Origin: Alphaproteobacteria bacterium
Lineage (GTDB): Bacteria > Pseudomonadota > Alphaproteobacteria > Micropepsales > Micropepsaceae
DNA length: 32,000 nt
Assembly: GCA_028292825.1 (NCBI GenBank)
Contig: JAQGLO010000087.1
Coordinates: 16,136-48,135, forward strand
Direction of reading: 5' to 3'
Position numbers and translations under genes: made by a program. Below the pieces are notes generated by a model. The model was not told the DNA's origin, made no database searches, and saw nothing but the letters and a program-made list of their open reading frames with translations. Numbering within the stretch: the first letter of the stretch is position 1; the number at the start of each line of letters is the position of its first letter. Shown piece after piece: positions 24,401 through 32,000 of this stretch.

Positions 24401-26541
24401 AGTTTTTCCAGCATGGTGATGTAGGCCGCCTCGACATGCCGCCGCAGCCGGTCGGTGTCGAAAAGCGCCGTGGTGTCGCGGCTCTTCGCCATCCTGTCCC
24501 GCAGCGATTGCAGCAGCGCCGGATCGCGCGCCAGCTTCAGCGCCAACGCCTCGTAAGCTTGCATACTGTCCGTCACCAGCTCCGGCATCTCCATCGCCGT
24601 CAACAAGGTGGCGGCAACGCGACTGGCGAAGCTGCGGCCGGGCATGGTCACCAGCGGCACGCCGCGCCACAGCGCGTCGCTGCTGGTCATGTGGCCGTTG
24701 AAGGGCGCGGTATCCAGCATCAGGTCGGCGAGGCCCAGCCGCGCCATATGCCGGCCCGGATCGGCGCGCCCGGCAAACACCAACCGCGCCGGATCGATGC
24801 CCCGCGCGCGTGCCTCGCGGCGCAGATTGTCCTGGAAGTCGGCATTGGCGGCCAGCAGCCACAAGATGCTGCCGGGCACCTGGTCCAGCAGCCGCATCCA
24901 CACGTCGAAAAGGACTGCGGTGATCTTGAAGCTGTTGTTGAAGGCGCAGAAGACAAAGCCTTGCGCCGGCAGCCCGGCTTCGTCGCGCGTGGGCGCCGCA
25001 CCGGCTTCGTCATAGCTGGTGGGGAAATAGGCATCGGGCAATGCCACGATTTTTTCGCTGAAGAAAGGCTGGTCCGCCGGCGGCGCTACCACGCCATCGG
25101 TCAGCACATAATCAATGAAATCCGCGCCGGTGGTGGCGGGATAGCCCAGATACGACACCTGCACCGGACAGGCGTGAGGGCCGAGGATCTCGAAATTGTT
25201 GCCTTCGGTGTGGCCATTCAGGTCCACCAGGATGTCCACCTCCAGCCGCTGCAGCAGTGCCGCCACGGCTTGCGGTGTCTGCGCCTGCACATCGTGGAAC
25301 TGGTCGAACGCCGCGACGATGCGTGCCCGCATGGCGCTGCCGTCATCCAGCCCGGTGGAGATGCCCAGTATCTCAAAGCGGCTGCGGTCATGACGTTCGA
25401 TCAGCCGCGCCAGCAGCAATGGCACCGGATGCTGGCAGAAATCCGACGAGATGTAGCCGACGCGGATTTTGTCATGGGCATAAGCCTTGCGCGCCGTCGG
25501 CGCCGGCGACGCGCCCAGCTGGTCCGCCACCGCATTGCGCCCGCAGGCCAGCTGCAGCGCCGGATCGTTGCTCAGCGCCAGGAACATGTAAGGCGGAATC
25601 ACAGCGCTGCCCTGTGCAAGCGCGGCTTCCACCGATGGCCGGATCTGCGCAAGCGTCTTCCAGTCGCACAGATTCATCGCCGCCGTCAGCATGCCGCCCA
25701 GCGCATAGCGGTGTTTCGGGTCGGCGGCCCTTATCGCCTCATACCCCGCCAGCGCCTCGCGGTACCGTTTGAGCCGCAGCAGCAGCCCGGCGCGGCTTTC
25801 CAGCGCCGCGGGCTGGCCCGGCTGAACCGCGAGCGAACGGTCATAGCCGGCCAGCGCCTCTTCGAAACGCCGCAGGCGCATCAATGCATTGGCGCGGTTG
25901 TTCAGCGCCGAGACGAAATCGGGCATCACCGCGAGCGCCGCATCATGGCGCGCCAGCGCCTCGGGGACGCGGCCCAGCGACCACAGCGCCACACCCAGAT
26001 TGTTCAGGGCGCCGGCATGGCGCGGCTCCAGGGTCAGCAGCTGTTCATAAACAGCCACGGCTTCGCCATGCCGCCCCAGAACGCACAGCGTGTTGCCCTG
26101 GTTGTACAGCGCATCGCCATAGCGGGGCCGTGCGGCGGCGGCGGCCGCGAAACTTTCCAGCGCATCCCGGTGACGCCCCAGATTCGACAGCGCGCTGCCG
26201 CGATTGTTCAGCACCTGGGCATCGCCCGGCTGGAGCGTCAGAGCGCGATCATAGCTGGCCAGCGCCTCGTCGAAGCGTCCTGAAAGATTCAGGATATTGC
26301 CGTAATTCATCAATGCCCCGACATCGCGTGGCTGAATCTTCAGCGCCGTGCCGATCAGATCCAGGGCCTCGGCATTGCGGCCCTGCTGGGCGCGCAGCAC
26401 GCCCAGCATGTGGCGCGGCGCGAAACTGCCGGGCGCTGCGGCGAGGATTTGCGCATACAGGCGTTCGGCTTCCACCAGCGCCCCGCGCTGATGGCAGGCG
26501 GTGGCCTGCTGCATCGCCAGCCTTTGTTCGGTCTCGTTCAT
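24397..26541 (-). CDS. TPR-repeat protein fused to a GT41 (SPINDLY/OGT-like) glycosyltransferase domain, paralog A.
   Basis: 714 aa from ATG 26541 (MNETEQRLAMQQA...). The track ORF extends to 26691, but the extra 50 residues look non-native. The N-terminal half has about 9 TPR units (repeating A..Y..AL...P....AL.N.G). The C-terminal half has OGT-like motifs: FCAFNNSFKI, VPGSILWLL, LADLMLDTAPFNGHMTSSDALWRGVPLVTMPGRSFASRVAATLL. Confidence 0.85.
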   Translation of the reverse strand: MNETEQRLAMQQATACHQRGALVEAERLYAQILAAAPGSFAPRHMLGVLRAQQGRNAEALDLIGTALKIQPRDVGALMNYGNILNLSGRFDEALASYDRALTLQPGDAQVLNNRGSALSNLGRHRDALESFAAAAAARPRYGDALYNQGNTLCVLGRHGEAVAVYEQLLTLEPRHAGALNNLGVALWSLGRVPEALARHDAALAVMPDFVSALNNRANALMRLRRFEEALAGYDRSLAVQPGQPAALESRAGLLLRLKRYREALAGYEAIRAADPKHRYALGGMLTAAMNLCDWKTLAQIRPSVEAALAQGSAVIPPYMFLALSNDPALQLACGRNAVADQLGASPAPTARKAYAHDKIRVGYISSDFCQHPVPLLLARLIERHDRSRFEILGISTGLDDGSAMRARIVAAFDQFHDVQAQTPQAVAALLQRLEVDILVDLNGHTEGNNFEILGPHACPVQVSYLGYPATTGADFIDYVLTDGVVAPPADQPFFSEKIVALPDAYFPTSYDEAGAAPTRDEAGLPAQGFVFCAFNNSFKITAVLFDVWMRLLDQVPGSILWLLAANADFQDNLRREARARGIDPARLVFAGRADPGRHMARLGLADLMLDTAPFNGHMTSSDALWRGVPLVTMPGRSFASRVAATLLTAMEMPELVTDSMQAYEALALKLARDPALLQSLRDRMAKSRDTTALFDTDRLRRHVEAAYITMLEKL

Positions 26542-26726
26542 GACGGGAATCCAGGCATGGGCGCGATTATAAGGGATCGCGGAATTTCGCAAAATTAACT
26601 GTTTCAAATTGGGCGTCCGGGCATGGGCTGACGCGCCGGATGATCCGTTTTCGCACCGCTGGGCCGCGTTCGCGGGCCTTTGGCATGGCACAAATCATGA
26701 AGGGGTATTGGCCAAAAGGATGTCCC

Positions 26727-27752
26727 ATGACCATTGCCCTGGATCGTGACCCCGTTCGGTTTGTCCTGCCCACCCGCGCCCTTCTTGGCGCGGGCTTCGC
26801 TGTTTATGCCGCCCTGCTGGCGACCGGATGGTGGGCGCTGTCGCATCTGATGCCCGATCACCTGACGGTCCGGCTCCCGGGCCATGCCTTCAACCTGAAA
26901 AACATCCATGACAAGATCCTGGGCAATGCCGCCCTGGTGCTGCTGATCCTGCCGTCCGCCCTGTGGCTGGAAGGCCTGGTGGTGGGCTGGGAGAAAAGCT
27001 CTGCCCGCGCCCTTTTGGCGCCGTCGAAATCCGCGCGCACGGATCTTGCCATCTTCATTCTCGACCAGCTGCATGTGATGGGGCTGATGGGCCGCGTCAT
27101 GATGCTGGGCGCATCGGTGATTTCCGGCGTGTTCCTGCGCGATTGGCTGGCGGCGAAGGCCGGCTTTGCCATCCATTCTGGCGCGCTGCCGCTGCCGGTC
27201 CAGGTGGTGGTCTATTTCTATGTCTATTCCTTTTTCGATTATTGGGCGCACCGGCTGGGCCATACCCAATTCTTCTGGCCGCTGCACCGCTATCATCATA
27301 GCGCCGAGGAATTCTGCGTCGTCAATGCCGCGCGCATCCACCCGGCCGGTTTCGCGGGAATCTTCTTCATCAACATTCCCATGCCGCTGCTGGGCGCCAC
27401 GCCCGAAGCGATGATCTGGGTCAATGTCCTGACCGTGGCGCTGGGGTTCCTGATCCATTCGCGCATCGAATCCGGTTTCGGCTTCATCGGCCGCCACATC
27501 ATCCAGTCGCCGCTGCATCACCGCCTGCACCACAAGCTGGACATGACCGAGGCCACTGGCTTTTTCGGCATGACCCCGATCTGGGATCATCTGTTCGGCG
27601 GCTGGAGCGAACGCGACGACAAGAACATCGCCATCGGCGTGGACACACATTACCGCCAGGGCTTCTGGCTGTTGCCCGACCTGCTGCGCGACTATCGCGA
27701 TTTCTGGCTGGGCCTGATCGGCCGACGCAGCTATTCGCCCAGCGAGCGCTGA
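26727..27752 (+). CDS. Membrane fatty-acid-hydroxylase / sterol-desaturase-family di-iron oxygenase.
   Basis: It has several TM segments and the three His boxes HRLGH, HRYHH and HHRLHH. I prefer ATG 26727 as the start (AAAGGA 8 nt upstream). ATG 26640, 26685 and 26697 are alternatives in the same frame. Confidence 0.8.
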   Translation: MTIALDRDPVRFVLPTRALLGAGFAVYAALLATGWWALSHLMPDHLTVRLPGHAFNLKNIHDKILGNAALVLLILPSALWLEGLVVGWEKSSARALLAPSKSARTDLAIFILDQLHVMGLMGRVMMLGASVISGVFLRDWLAAKAGFAIHSGALPLPVQVVVYFYVYSFFDYWAHRLGHTQFFWPLHRYHHSAEEFCVVNAARIHPAGFAGIFFINIPMPLLGATPEAMIWVNVLTVALGFLIHSRIESGFGFIGRHIIQSPLHHRLHHKLDMTEATGFFGMTPIWDHLFGGWSERDDKNIAIGVDTHYRQGFWLLPDLLRDYRDFWLGLIGRRSYSPSER

Positions 27753-29575
27753 AGCATCGCGATATAGGCCGCTTCGATCGCGACGCGGAAGCCGTCGGCA
27801 TCGAACAGCGGCGTGGTCAGCCGGTTTGCCGCCAGCTTGTCCTTCAATGCCTTCAGGGCCTGCGGTTCGCGCGCCAGCCGCAGCGCCAGCGTTTCGTAGT
27901 CCGACAGATTTTCCGTCACCAGTTCCGGCAGGCCGATGGCCTTCAGCAGGCTGGCCGCCACCCGCCCGGCAAACGCTTCGCCGCGACAGGTCAGAACCGG
28001 CAGTCCCGCCCACAGCGCATCGCTCGCGGTGGCATGGGCGTTGTAGGGCAGGGTGTCGAGGAAAAGATCCGCCAGCGCATGCCGCGCCAGATGCTCCGCA
28101 TCGGACGCCAGCTGCGGCGCGAACACCAGCCGCGCCGGATCGACATCGCGCGCCTTGGCTTCGCGTCGCAGGTTGCGGGTGGCGGCCGGATTGGTTTCCT
28201 TCAGCCACAGCACGCTGCCGGGTGCCTGCTGCAACAGCCGCATCCAGACGTCCCACAGTTCGGGCGTGAATTTCCAGTTGTTGTTGAAGCTGCAGAAGAC
28301 AGACCCCTGCGGCGGCAATCCGGCCTCGGCGCGCGACGGCCCCGGCGCGATGGGGCGCGCGGGGTCGGTGGGGAAATAGCTGTGCGGCAGATGCACCAGC
28401 GTTTCGCTGTAAAAGGGTTGGTCCTGCATCGGCGCCACCGCTTCGTCGGCGATCAGAGCATCGATGAAATCCGCGCCCATGGTGCCGGGATAGCCCAGCC
28501 AGGCCGCCTGCACCGGCGCCGGGCGCCAGGCGAAGATGCCGGTGCGCGCCCCGCCGGTATGGCCGTTCAGGTCGATGGCGATGTCGATCTCCATGTCCCG
28601 CATCAACCGGGCGGCCTGTTCGTCTGTCAGTGCGGCGCAATCCTCAAACCGGTCGAACGCGGCGACCAGCCGTTCGCGCGCGGCGCTGTTGTCGTTCCCG
28701 CCGATCGAGATGGCGCTTACCTCGAACCGGCTGCGGTCGTGGCACTCGATCAGCGGCGCCAGTTGCAGCCCCACGGCATGGGTGCGGAAGTCCGACGAGA
28801 CATAGGCCAGCCGGATCCGGTCATGCCCGTAGTGTTCGCCCCGCCACAGCGGGGCGGGCCTTTGCGGCATCAACGCCGCCACCGCATTGCGCCCCGCCTG
28901 AAGTTGCAAGGCCTTGTCGCTGCTATAGGCCAGAAGGCTCATCGGCGCGACGGGAAGGCCGGCGCGCACCATGGCTTCCAGTTCCGGCCCGATTTCGGCG
29001 GTGCGATCCCAGGCGCAGATGTTGCGCGCCGCCATGGCGCGATTGCCGCGCGCCGGCATCAGGTTCGGATCCAGCGCCAGCGCCCGGTCATAGTTGGCGA
29101 GCGCTTCCTCGTGCCGGCCCAGCTGGCTCATCATCACGCCGCGGCTATAGATGACCATCGCGCTGCCAGGTTGCAGCGCCAGCGCCCGGTCCAGCGCCGC
29201 CAGCGCCTCGGATGTGCGCCCTCGTTCCGACAGGATGATCGAACGGTTGTAAAGCACCTCCACCGCATCGGGATGGATCGCCAGCAGCCGGTCATACACC
29301 GCCAGTGCGGCGTCGCCCTGTCCCGCCAGCATCAGGGCGTGGCCGTAGTCCTTCAGCGCGGCGTGGTCCTGCGGCGTGTGCTTCAGCGCCGCGCCCAGCA
29401 GCGTGACCGCCTCATCGTACCGGCCGCGCTGGCCCTGCAGGAAGCCCAGGGCGCGCAGGGTAGAGATGTTGCCGGGATCGGCGCGCAGGATCGCCCGGTA
29501 CGAAGTCTCGGCGTCCGTCAGTTGGCCGGCGCGATGCGCGGCCACCGCCTGTTCAAATTGCGCGCGCAGATCCAT
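27731..29575 (-). CDS. TPR-repeat + GT41 (SPINDLY/OGT-like) glycosyltransferase, paralog B.
   Basis: 614 aa. The N-terminal region has about 6 TPR units. The C-terminal half has FCSFNNNWKF, APGSVLWLK, LADLFLDTLPYNAHATASDALWAGLPVLTCRGEAFAGRVAASLL. It is collinear with paralog A. Confidence 0.85.
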   Translation of the reverse strand: MDLRAQFEQAVAAHRAGQLTDAETSYRAILRADPGNISTLRALGFLQGQRGRYDEAVTLLGAALKHTPQDHAALKDYGHALMLAGQGDAALAVYDRLLAIHPDAVEVLYNRSIILSERGRTSEALAALDRALALQPGSAMVIYSRGVMMSQLGRHEEALANYDRALALDPNLMPARGNRAMAARNICAWDRTAEIGPELEAMVRAGLPVAPMSLLAYSSDKALQLQAGRNAVAALMPQRPAPLWRGEHYGHDRIRLAYVSSDFRTHAVGLQLAPLIECHDRSRFEVSAISIGGNDNSAARERLVAAFDRFEDCAALTDEQAARLMRDMEIDIAIDLNGHTGGARTGIFAWRPAPVQAAWLGYPGTMGADFIDALIADEAVAPMQDQPFYSETLVHLPHSYFPTDPARPIAPGPSRAEAGLPPQGSVFCSFNNNWKFTPELWDVWMRLLQQAPGSVLWLKETNPAATRNLRREAKARDVDPARLVFAPQLASDAEHLARHALADLFLDTLPYNAHATASDALWAGLPVLTCRGEAFAGRVAASLLKAIGLPELVTENLSDYETLALRLAREPQALKALKDKLAANRLTTPLFDADGFRVAIEAAYIAMLQRSLGE

Positions 29576-29735
29576 GGGCAGATTACAGGTCTTTCACCGG
29601 GCGCCCGCAAAAAGGCGGCCCTTCTTTATGATGGGCTATGGACGAACCCGGCAGCAGCCGCCAGTATCTGTATATAAAATACAGGGCAGGGGGGCCAGCA
29701 AGGCCGCGACCGGCTCATGGGCAGGATAGTTCAGA

Positions 29736-31643
29736 ATGACGAAAACCCGAAATGGGCTGTTGGCAGTCCTGGCCTTCATGGCGCTGGCCGGTTGCGACGA
29801 TCACAAGCATTACGACACCAGCGGCGGCGCGGTGGATGGCTGGCCGGTATGGGGCCACACCGCCGGCGGCCAGCGCTACAGCGCCAACACCCAGATCACG
29901 CCCGACAATGTGAAAGACCTCAAGGTCGCCTGGACCTATCGCACCGGCGACCTGTCCAAGCCGGGCGAGAATGCCCATCTGGCGTTCGAGGCCACGCCCA
30001 TCCTGGCCGAGAACACGCTCTATGTCTGTTCGCCGCGCAACCGCATCGCCGCCCTTGATCCCGTCACGGGCAAGGAGAAATGGATGCGCGACCTCAAGCC
30101 CAACACCGACGGTTCGACCGTGATCGTGTGCCGCGGCGTGTCCTATTGGAAGGATGCGACTGCGCAGGGCCTGTGTTCCAGCCGCATCTTTGCAGCGACC
30201 ATCGACGGCAAGATGTGGGCGCTGGATGCCAAGACCGGTACGCCGTGCGCCGGCTTCGGCAAGGGCGGCATGGTCAATCTGCAGGACAATCTGGGCTTTG
30301 TCGAAAAGCCCGGTTTGTATGGTGTCTCATCCGCGCCCACCATTGTCGGCGATATGGTGATCACCGGCTCCAAGATCATCGACTTCCACAATGTCGACAT
30401 GCCCGGCGGCGTGGTGCGGGCGCTGGATGCGCGCACCGGCGAAGTCAAATGGGCCTTCACCGCCGCGCCGCCATCCCTGCCGCCCGGTGATGGCAAGACC
30501 TATCCGCGCAGTGCGCCCAATGTTTGGGCGCCCATGTCGGTGGACGTGCAGCGCAAGCTGATCTTCCTGCCCACTGGCACGCCGCAGGTCGATGCGGTGG
30601 TCGGCAAGGATGACTGGGATTATTACGGCTCTTCCGTGGTGGCGCTGAACACCGACACCGGCAAGGTGGTGTGGCACTACCAGTTCGTGCGCAAGGACAT
30701 CTGGGATTACGACACCCCGGCCCAGCCGCTGCTGTTCGACTACAAGTCGCCGGACGGCAAACTGGTCCCGGCCTTGGCCCAGGCGACCAAGATGGGCTAC
30801 ATCTTTGTCCTCAACCGCGAAACCGGCGCGCCGATCTTTCCGATCAAGGAAGTGCCCGTATCGACAGGGGGGCTGCAAAAGGGATTATCGCCGACACAGC
30901 CGGTCCCCACGCTGCCCGAACATCAGGTCACCATCACCAAGATGACCCGTGACGATCTGTTCGGCTTCGGCCTGATCGACAAGTGGGATTGCCAGCGCCG
31001 CTTCGACAAGCTGAAGAATGACGGCATCTTCACGCCCTTCTATGCGCAGTCCTCGGTCGATTACCCCGTCAGCGTGGGCGGCATGGACTGGGGCGGGCTG
31101 GCATTTGACCCGGGCCGCAATATCCTGATCGTCAATTCCAACAGCGTGCTGGGCGCGCATCATCTCGCCCCGCACAAGGGCACCGACGGCTATTCGCCCC
31201 TGATCGGCACGCCGTTCCGCCAGGTGTACGACAACATGATGTCGATGTTCGGCGCGCCCTGTAACGCGCCGCCCTGGGGCAAGCTGGCCGGCATCAACAT
31301 CACCACCGGCAAGAAAATCTGGGAAGTGCCGCTGGGCACCACCCGCGACGAGGCACCCTGGCCGCTATGGTTCCACCTGGGCGTGCCCAACCAGGGCGGC
31401 GCCATCACCACCGCCTCGGGCCTCACCTTCATTGCCGCCACCACCGACCGCTATTTCCGCGCCTTTGAAACGGCGACCGGCAAGGAATTGTGGCGCGTCA
31501 GCCTGCCGGCGGCGGGCCAGTCGCTGCCCATGACCTATCGCCTCGACGCGGGCGGCAAACAGTATGTCGTGCTGTCGGCCGGCGGCCATTCCGCGCTTCA
31601 GAACAAGCAGGGCGACTATGTCATCGCCTATGCGCTGCCGTAG
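29736..31643 (+). CDS. PQQ-dependent dehydrogenase of the glucose/quinate-dehydrogenase type, lipoprotein-anchored.
   Basis: 635 aa. The leader is MTKTRNGLLAVLAFMALAGC (lipobox LAGC). WTYRTGD, ATPILAENTLYVCSPRNRIAALDPVTGKEKW and repeated W/G propeller motifs are typical of quinoprotein dehydrogenases. The five N-terminal TM helices of membrane Gcd are absent. Confidence 0.8.
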   Translation: MTKTRNGLLAVLAFMALAGCDDHKHYDTSGGAVDGWPVWGHTAGGQRYSANTQITPDNVKDLKVAWTYRTGDLSKPGENAHLAFEATPILAENTLYVCSPRNRIAALDPVTGKEKWMRDLKPNTDGSTVIVCRGVSYWKDATAQGLCSSRIFAATIDGKMWALDAKTGTPCAGFGKGGMVNLQDNLGFVEKPGLYGVSSAPTIVGDMVITGSKIIDFHNVDMPGGVVRALDARTGEVKWAFTAAPPSLPPGDGKTYPRSAPNVWAPMSVDVQRKLIFLPTGTPQVDAVVGKDDWDYYGSSVVALNTDTGKVVWHYQFVRKDIWDYDTPAQPLLFDYKSPDGKLVPALAQATKMGYIFVLNRETGAPIFPIKEVPVSTGGLQKGLSPTQPVPTLPEHQVTITKMTRDDLFGFGLIDKWDCQRRFDKLKNDGIFTPFYAQSSVDYPVSVGGMDWGGLAFDPGRNILIVNSNSVLGAHHLAPHKGTDGYSPLIGTPFRQVYDNMMSMFGAPCNAPPWGKLAGINITTGKKIWEVPLGTTRDEAPWPLWFHLGVPNQGGAITTASGLTFIAATTDRYFRAFETATGKELWRVSLPAAGQSLPMTYRLDAGGKQYVVLSAGGHSALQNKQGDYVIAYALP

Positions 31644-31664
31644 AAAACCATTGGGGGGTCCATC

Positions 31665-32000
31665 ATGGAACAGCTTCACACCGAAGTCGCCGAAGCCGCG
31701 CGCACCGGCAACGCGCCGCCCACCTTGCGCGCCCATGTGGTCCGCATGTTGTCGGCCGACATCCTGGCCGGCAAGTACAAGCCGGGCGACCGGTTGAACG
31801 AAAGCCAGATCGCGCGCGAGCTGAACATCAGCCGCATCCCGGTGCGCGAGGCCCTGTCCCAGCTGCAGGAGCAGGGGCTGGTGCAGAACCGCGAGCGCCG
31901 CGGCATGTTCGTCACCAATATCGGCCCGGAGGAAGTGGCCCAGATCAGTTCGCTGCGCATCATCCTGGAAACCGAGGCGCTGCACTTGGCGCGCGCCCGC
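31665..32000 (+). CDS. GntR-family transcriptional regulator, with its 3' end truncated by the window edge.
   Basis: My own translation from ATG 31665 gives MEQLHTEVAEAARTGNAPPTLRAHVVRMLSADILAGKYKPGDRLNESQIARELNISRIPVREALSQLQEQGLVQNRERRGMFV... This is the classic GntR winged-HTH pattern (L.E..lA..l.vSR.PVReAL..L...GLv....rrG.fV). The ORF is absent from the track because it has no stop within the window. Confidence 0.8.
   Translation, partial: MEQLHTEVAEAARTGNAPPTLRAHVVRMLSADILAGKYKPGDRLNESQIARELNISRIPVREALSQLQEQGLVQNRERRGMFVTNIGPEEVAQISSLRIILETEALHLARAR

Noticed and set aside
24436-26283. 615-aa plus-strand ORF.
   Set aside because: It is antisense to GT41 paralog A and has Arg/Gln/His-rich, motif-free composition. 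The minus-strand frame has unmistakable TPR and OGT motifs.
26640-26726. Upstream in-frame ATGs (26640, 26685, 26697) for the hydroxylase gene.
   Set aside because: The encoded residues (MIRFRTAGPRSRAFGMAQIMKGYWPKGCP) are not membrane-like and have no RBS. ATG 26727 has AAAGGA at the proper distance. The longer form cannot be excluded without data.
26604-28640. 678-aa minus-strand ORF spanning the hydroxylase gene and part of paralog B.
   Set aside because: It is a shadow frame. It is out of frame with paralog B and antisense to the His-box hydroxylase, and its product is Arg/Gly/Ala-rich with no domain signatures.
28034-29677. 547-aa plus-strand ORF.
   Set aside because: It is antisense to GT41 paralog B, for the same reasoning as the 615-aa ORF.
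1-32000. Scan for CRISPR arrays, IS/transposase, integrase, reverse transcriptase, toxin-antitoxin pairs, and long direct or inverted repeats.
   Set aside because: No regularly spaced repeats and no recognisable mobile-element or defence-enzyme motifs were seen by eye. The only sizeable internal similarities are the two paralog pairs (HpcH-like and TPR-GT41). A computational repeat search would be needed to be certain.

Overview
This is a 32-kb chromosomal segment that is mostly very G+C-rich. Hand counts gave 44/60 G+C at 3001-3060. The gene content looks alphaproteobacterial, but that is my inference and cannot be verified here. I support 22 CDSs, one tRNA and several intrinsic terminators. 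I found no CRISPR array, IS element, integrase or rRNA. Most other long ORFs in the six-frame track are antisense or out-of-frame shadow ORFs typical of high-GC DNA.

Layout, left to right:
(1) 1-2115: an AT-richer block (34/60 and 26/60 G+C in the first two lines). It carries a divergent GTP cyclohydrolase II (RibA-like) gene and a HAD-type phosphatase gene, and ends just upstream of tRNA-Gly(CCC) at 2162-2235.
(2) 2491-6514: a translationally coupled MFS / HlyD-family adaptor / NodT-type outer-membrane lipoprotein efflux operon.
(3) 6606-7370: a secreted hypothetical protein with a duplicated C-x11-C-Y-Y motif.
(4) 7783-14198: a TonB-dependent receptor followed by three exported class-II-aldolase-like proteins. 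Two are tandem HpcH/HpaI-like paralogs with Tat-like leaders and one is an RraA-like protein.
(5) 14263-16253, minus strand: an OmpR/HisKA two-component pair.
(6) 16717-23645: four consecutive exported proteins of unknown role. They are a beta-propeller, a bicupin, a roughly 1040-aa DUF1587/1592/1595/1588/1585-type protein with two CxxCH motifs, and its Tat-signal DUF1552 partner.
(7) 23663-29575: a sugar nucleotidyltransferase and two TPR + GT41 (SPINDLY/OGT-like) glycosyltransferase paralogs that flank a membrane di-iron fatty-acid-hydroxylase-family gene.
(8) 29736-32000: a lipoprotein-type PQQ dehydrogenase and a truncated GntR regulator.

The candidates I consider most worth follow-up are the receptor plus exported aldolase-like trio, the heme-motif DUF1592 / DUF1552 periplasmic module with its neighbours, the AT-rich RibA-like/HAD cassette at the tRNA, and the dual GT41 locus. 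All functional assignments come from motif recognition by eye. No searches were run.
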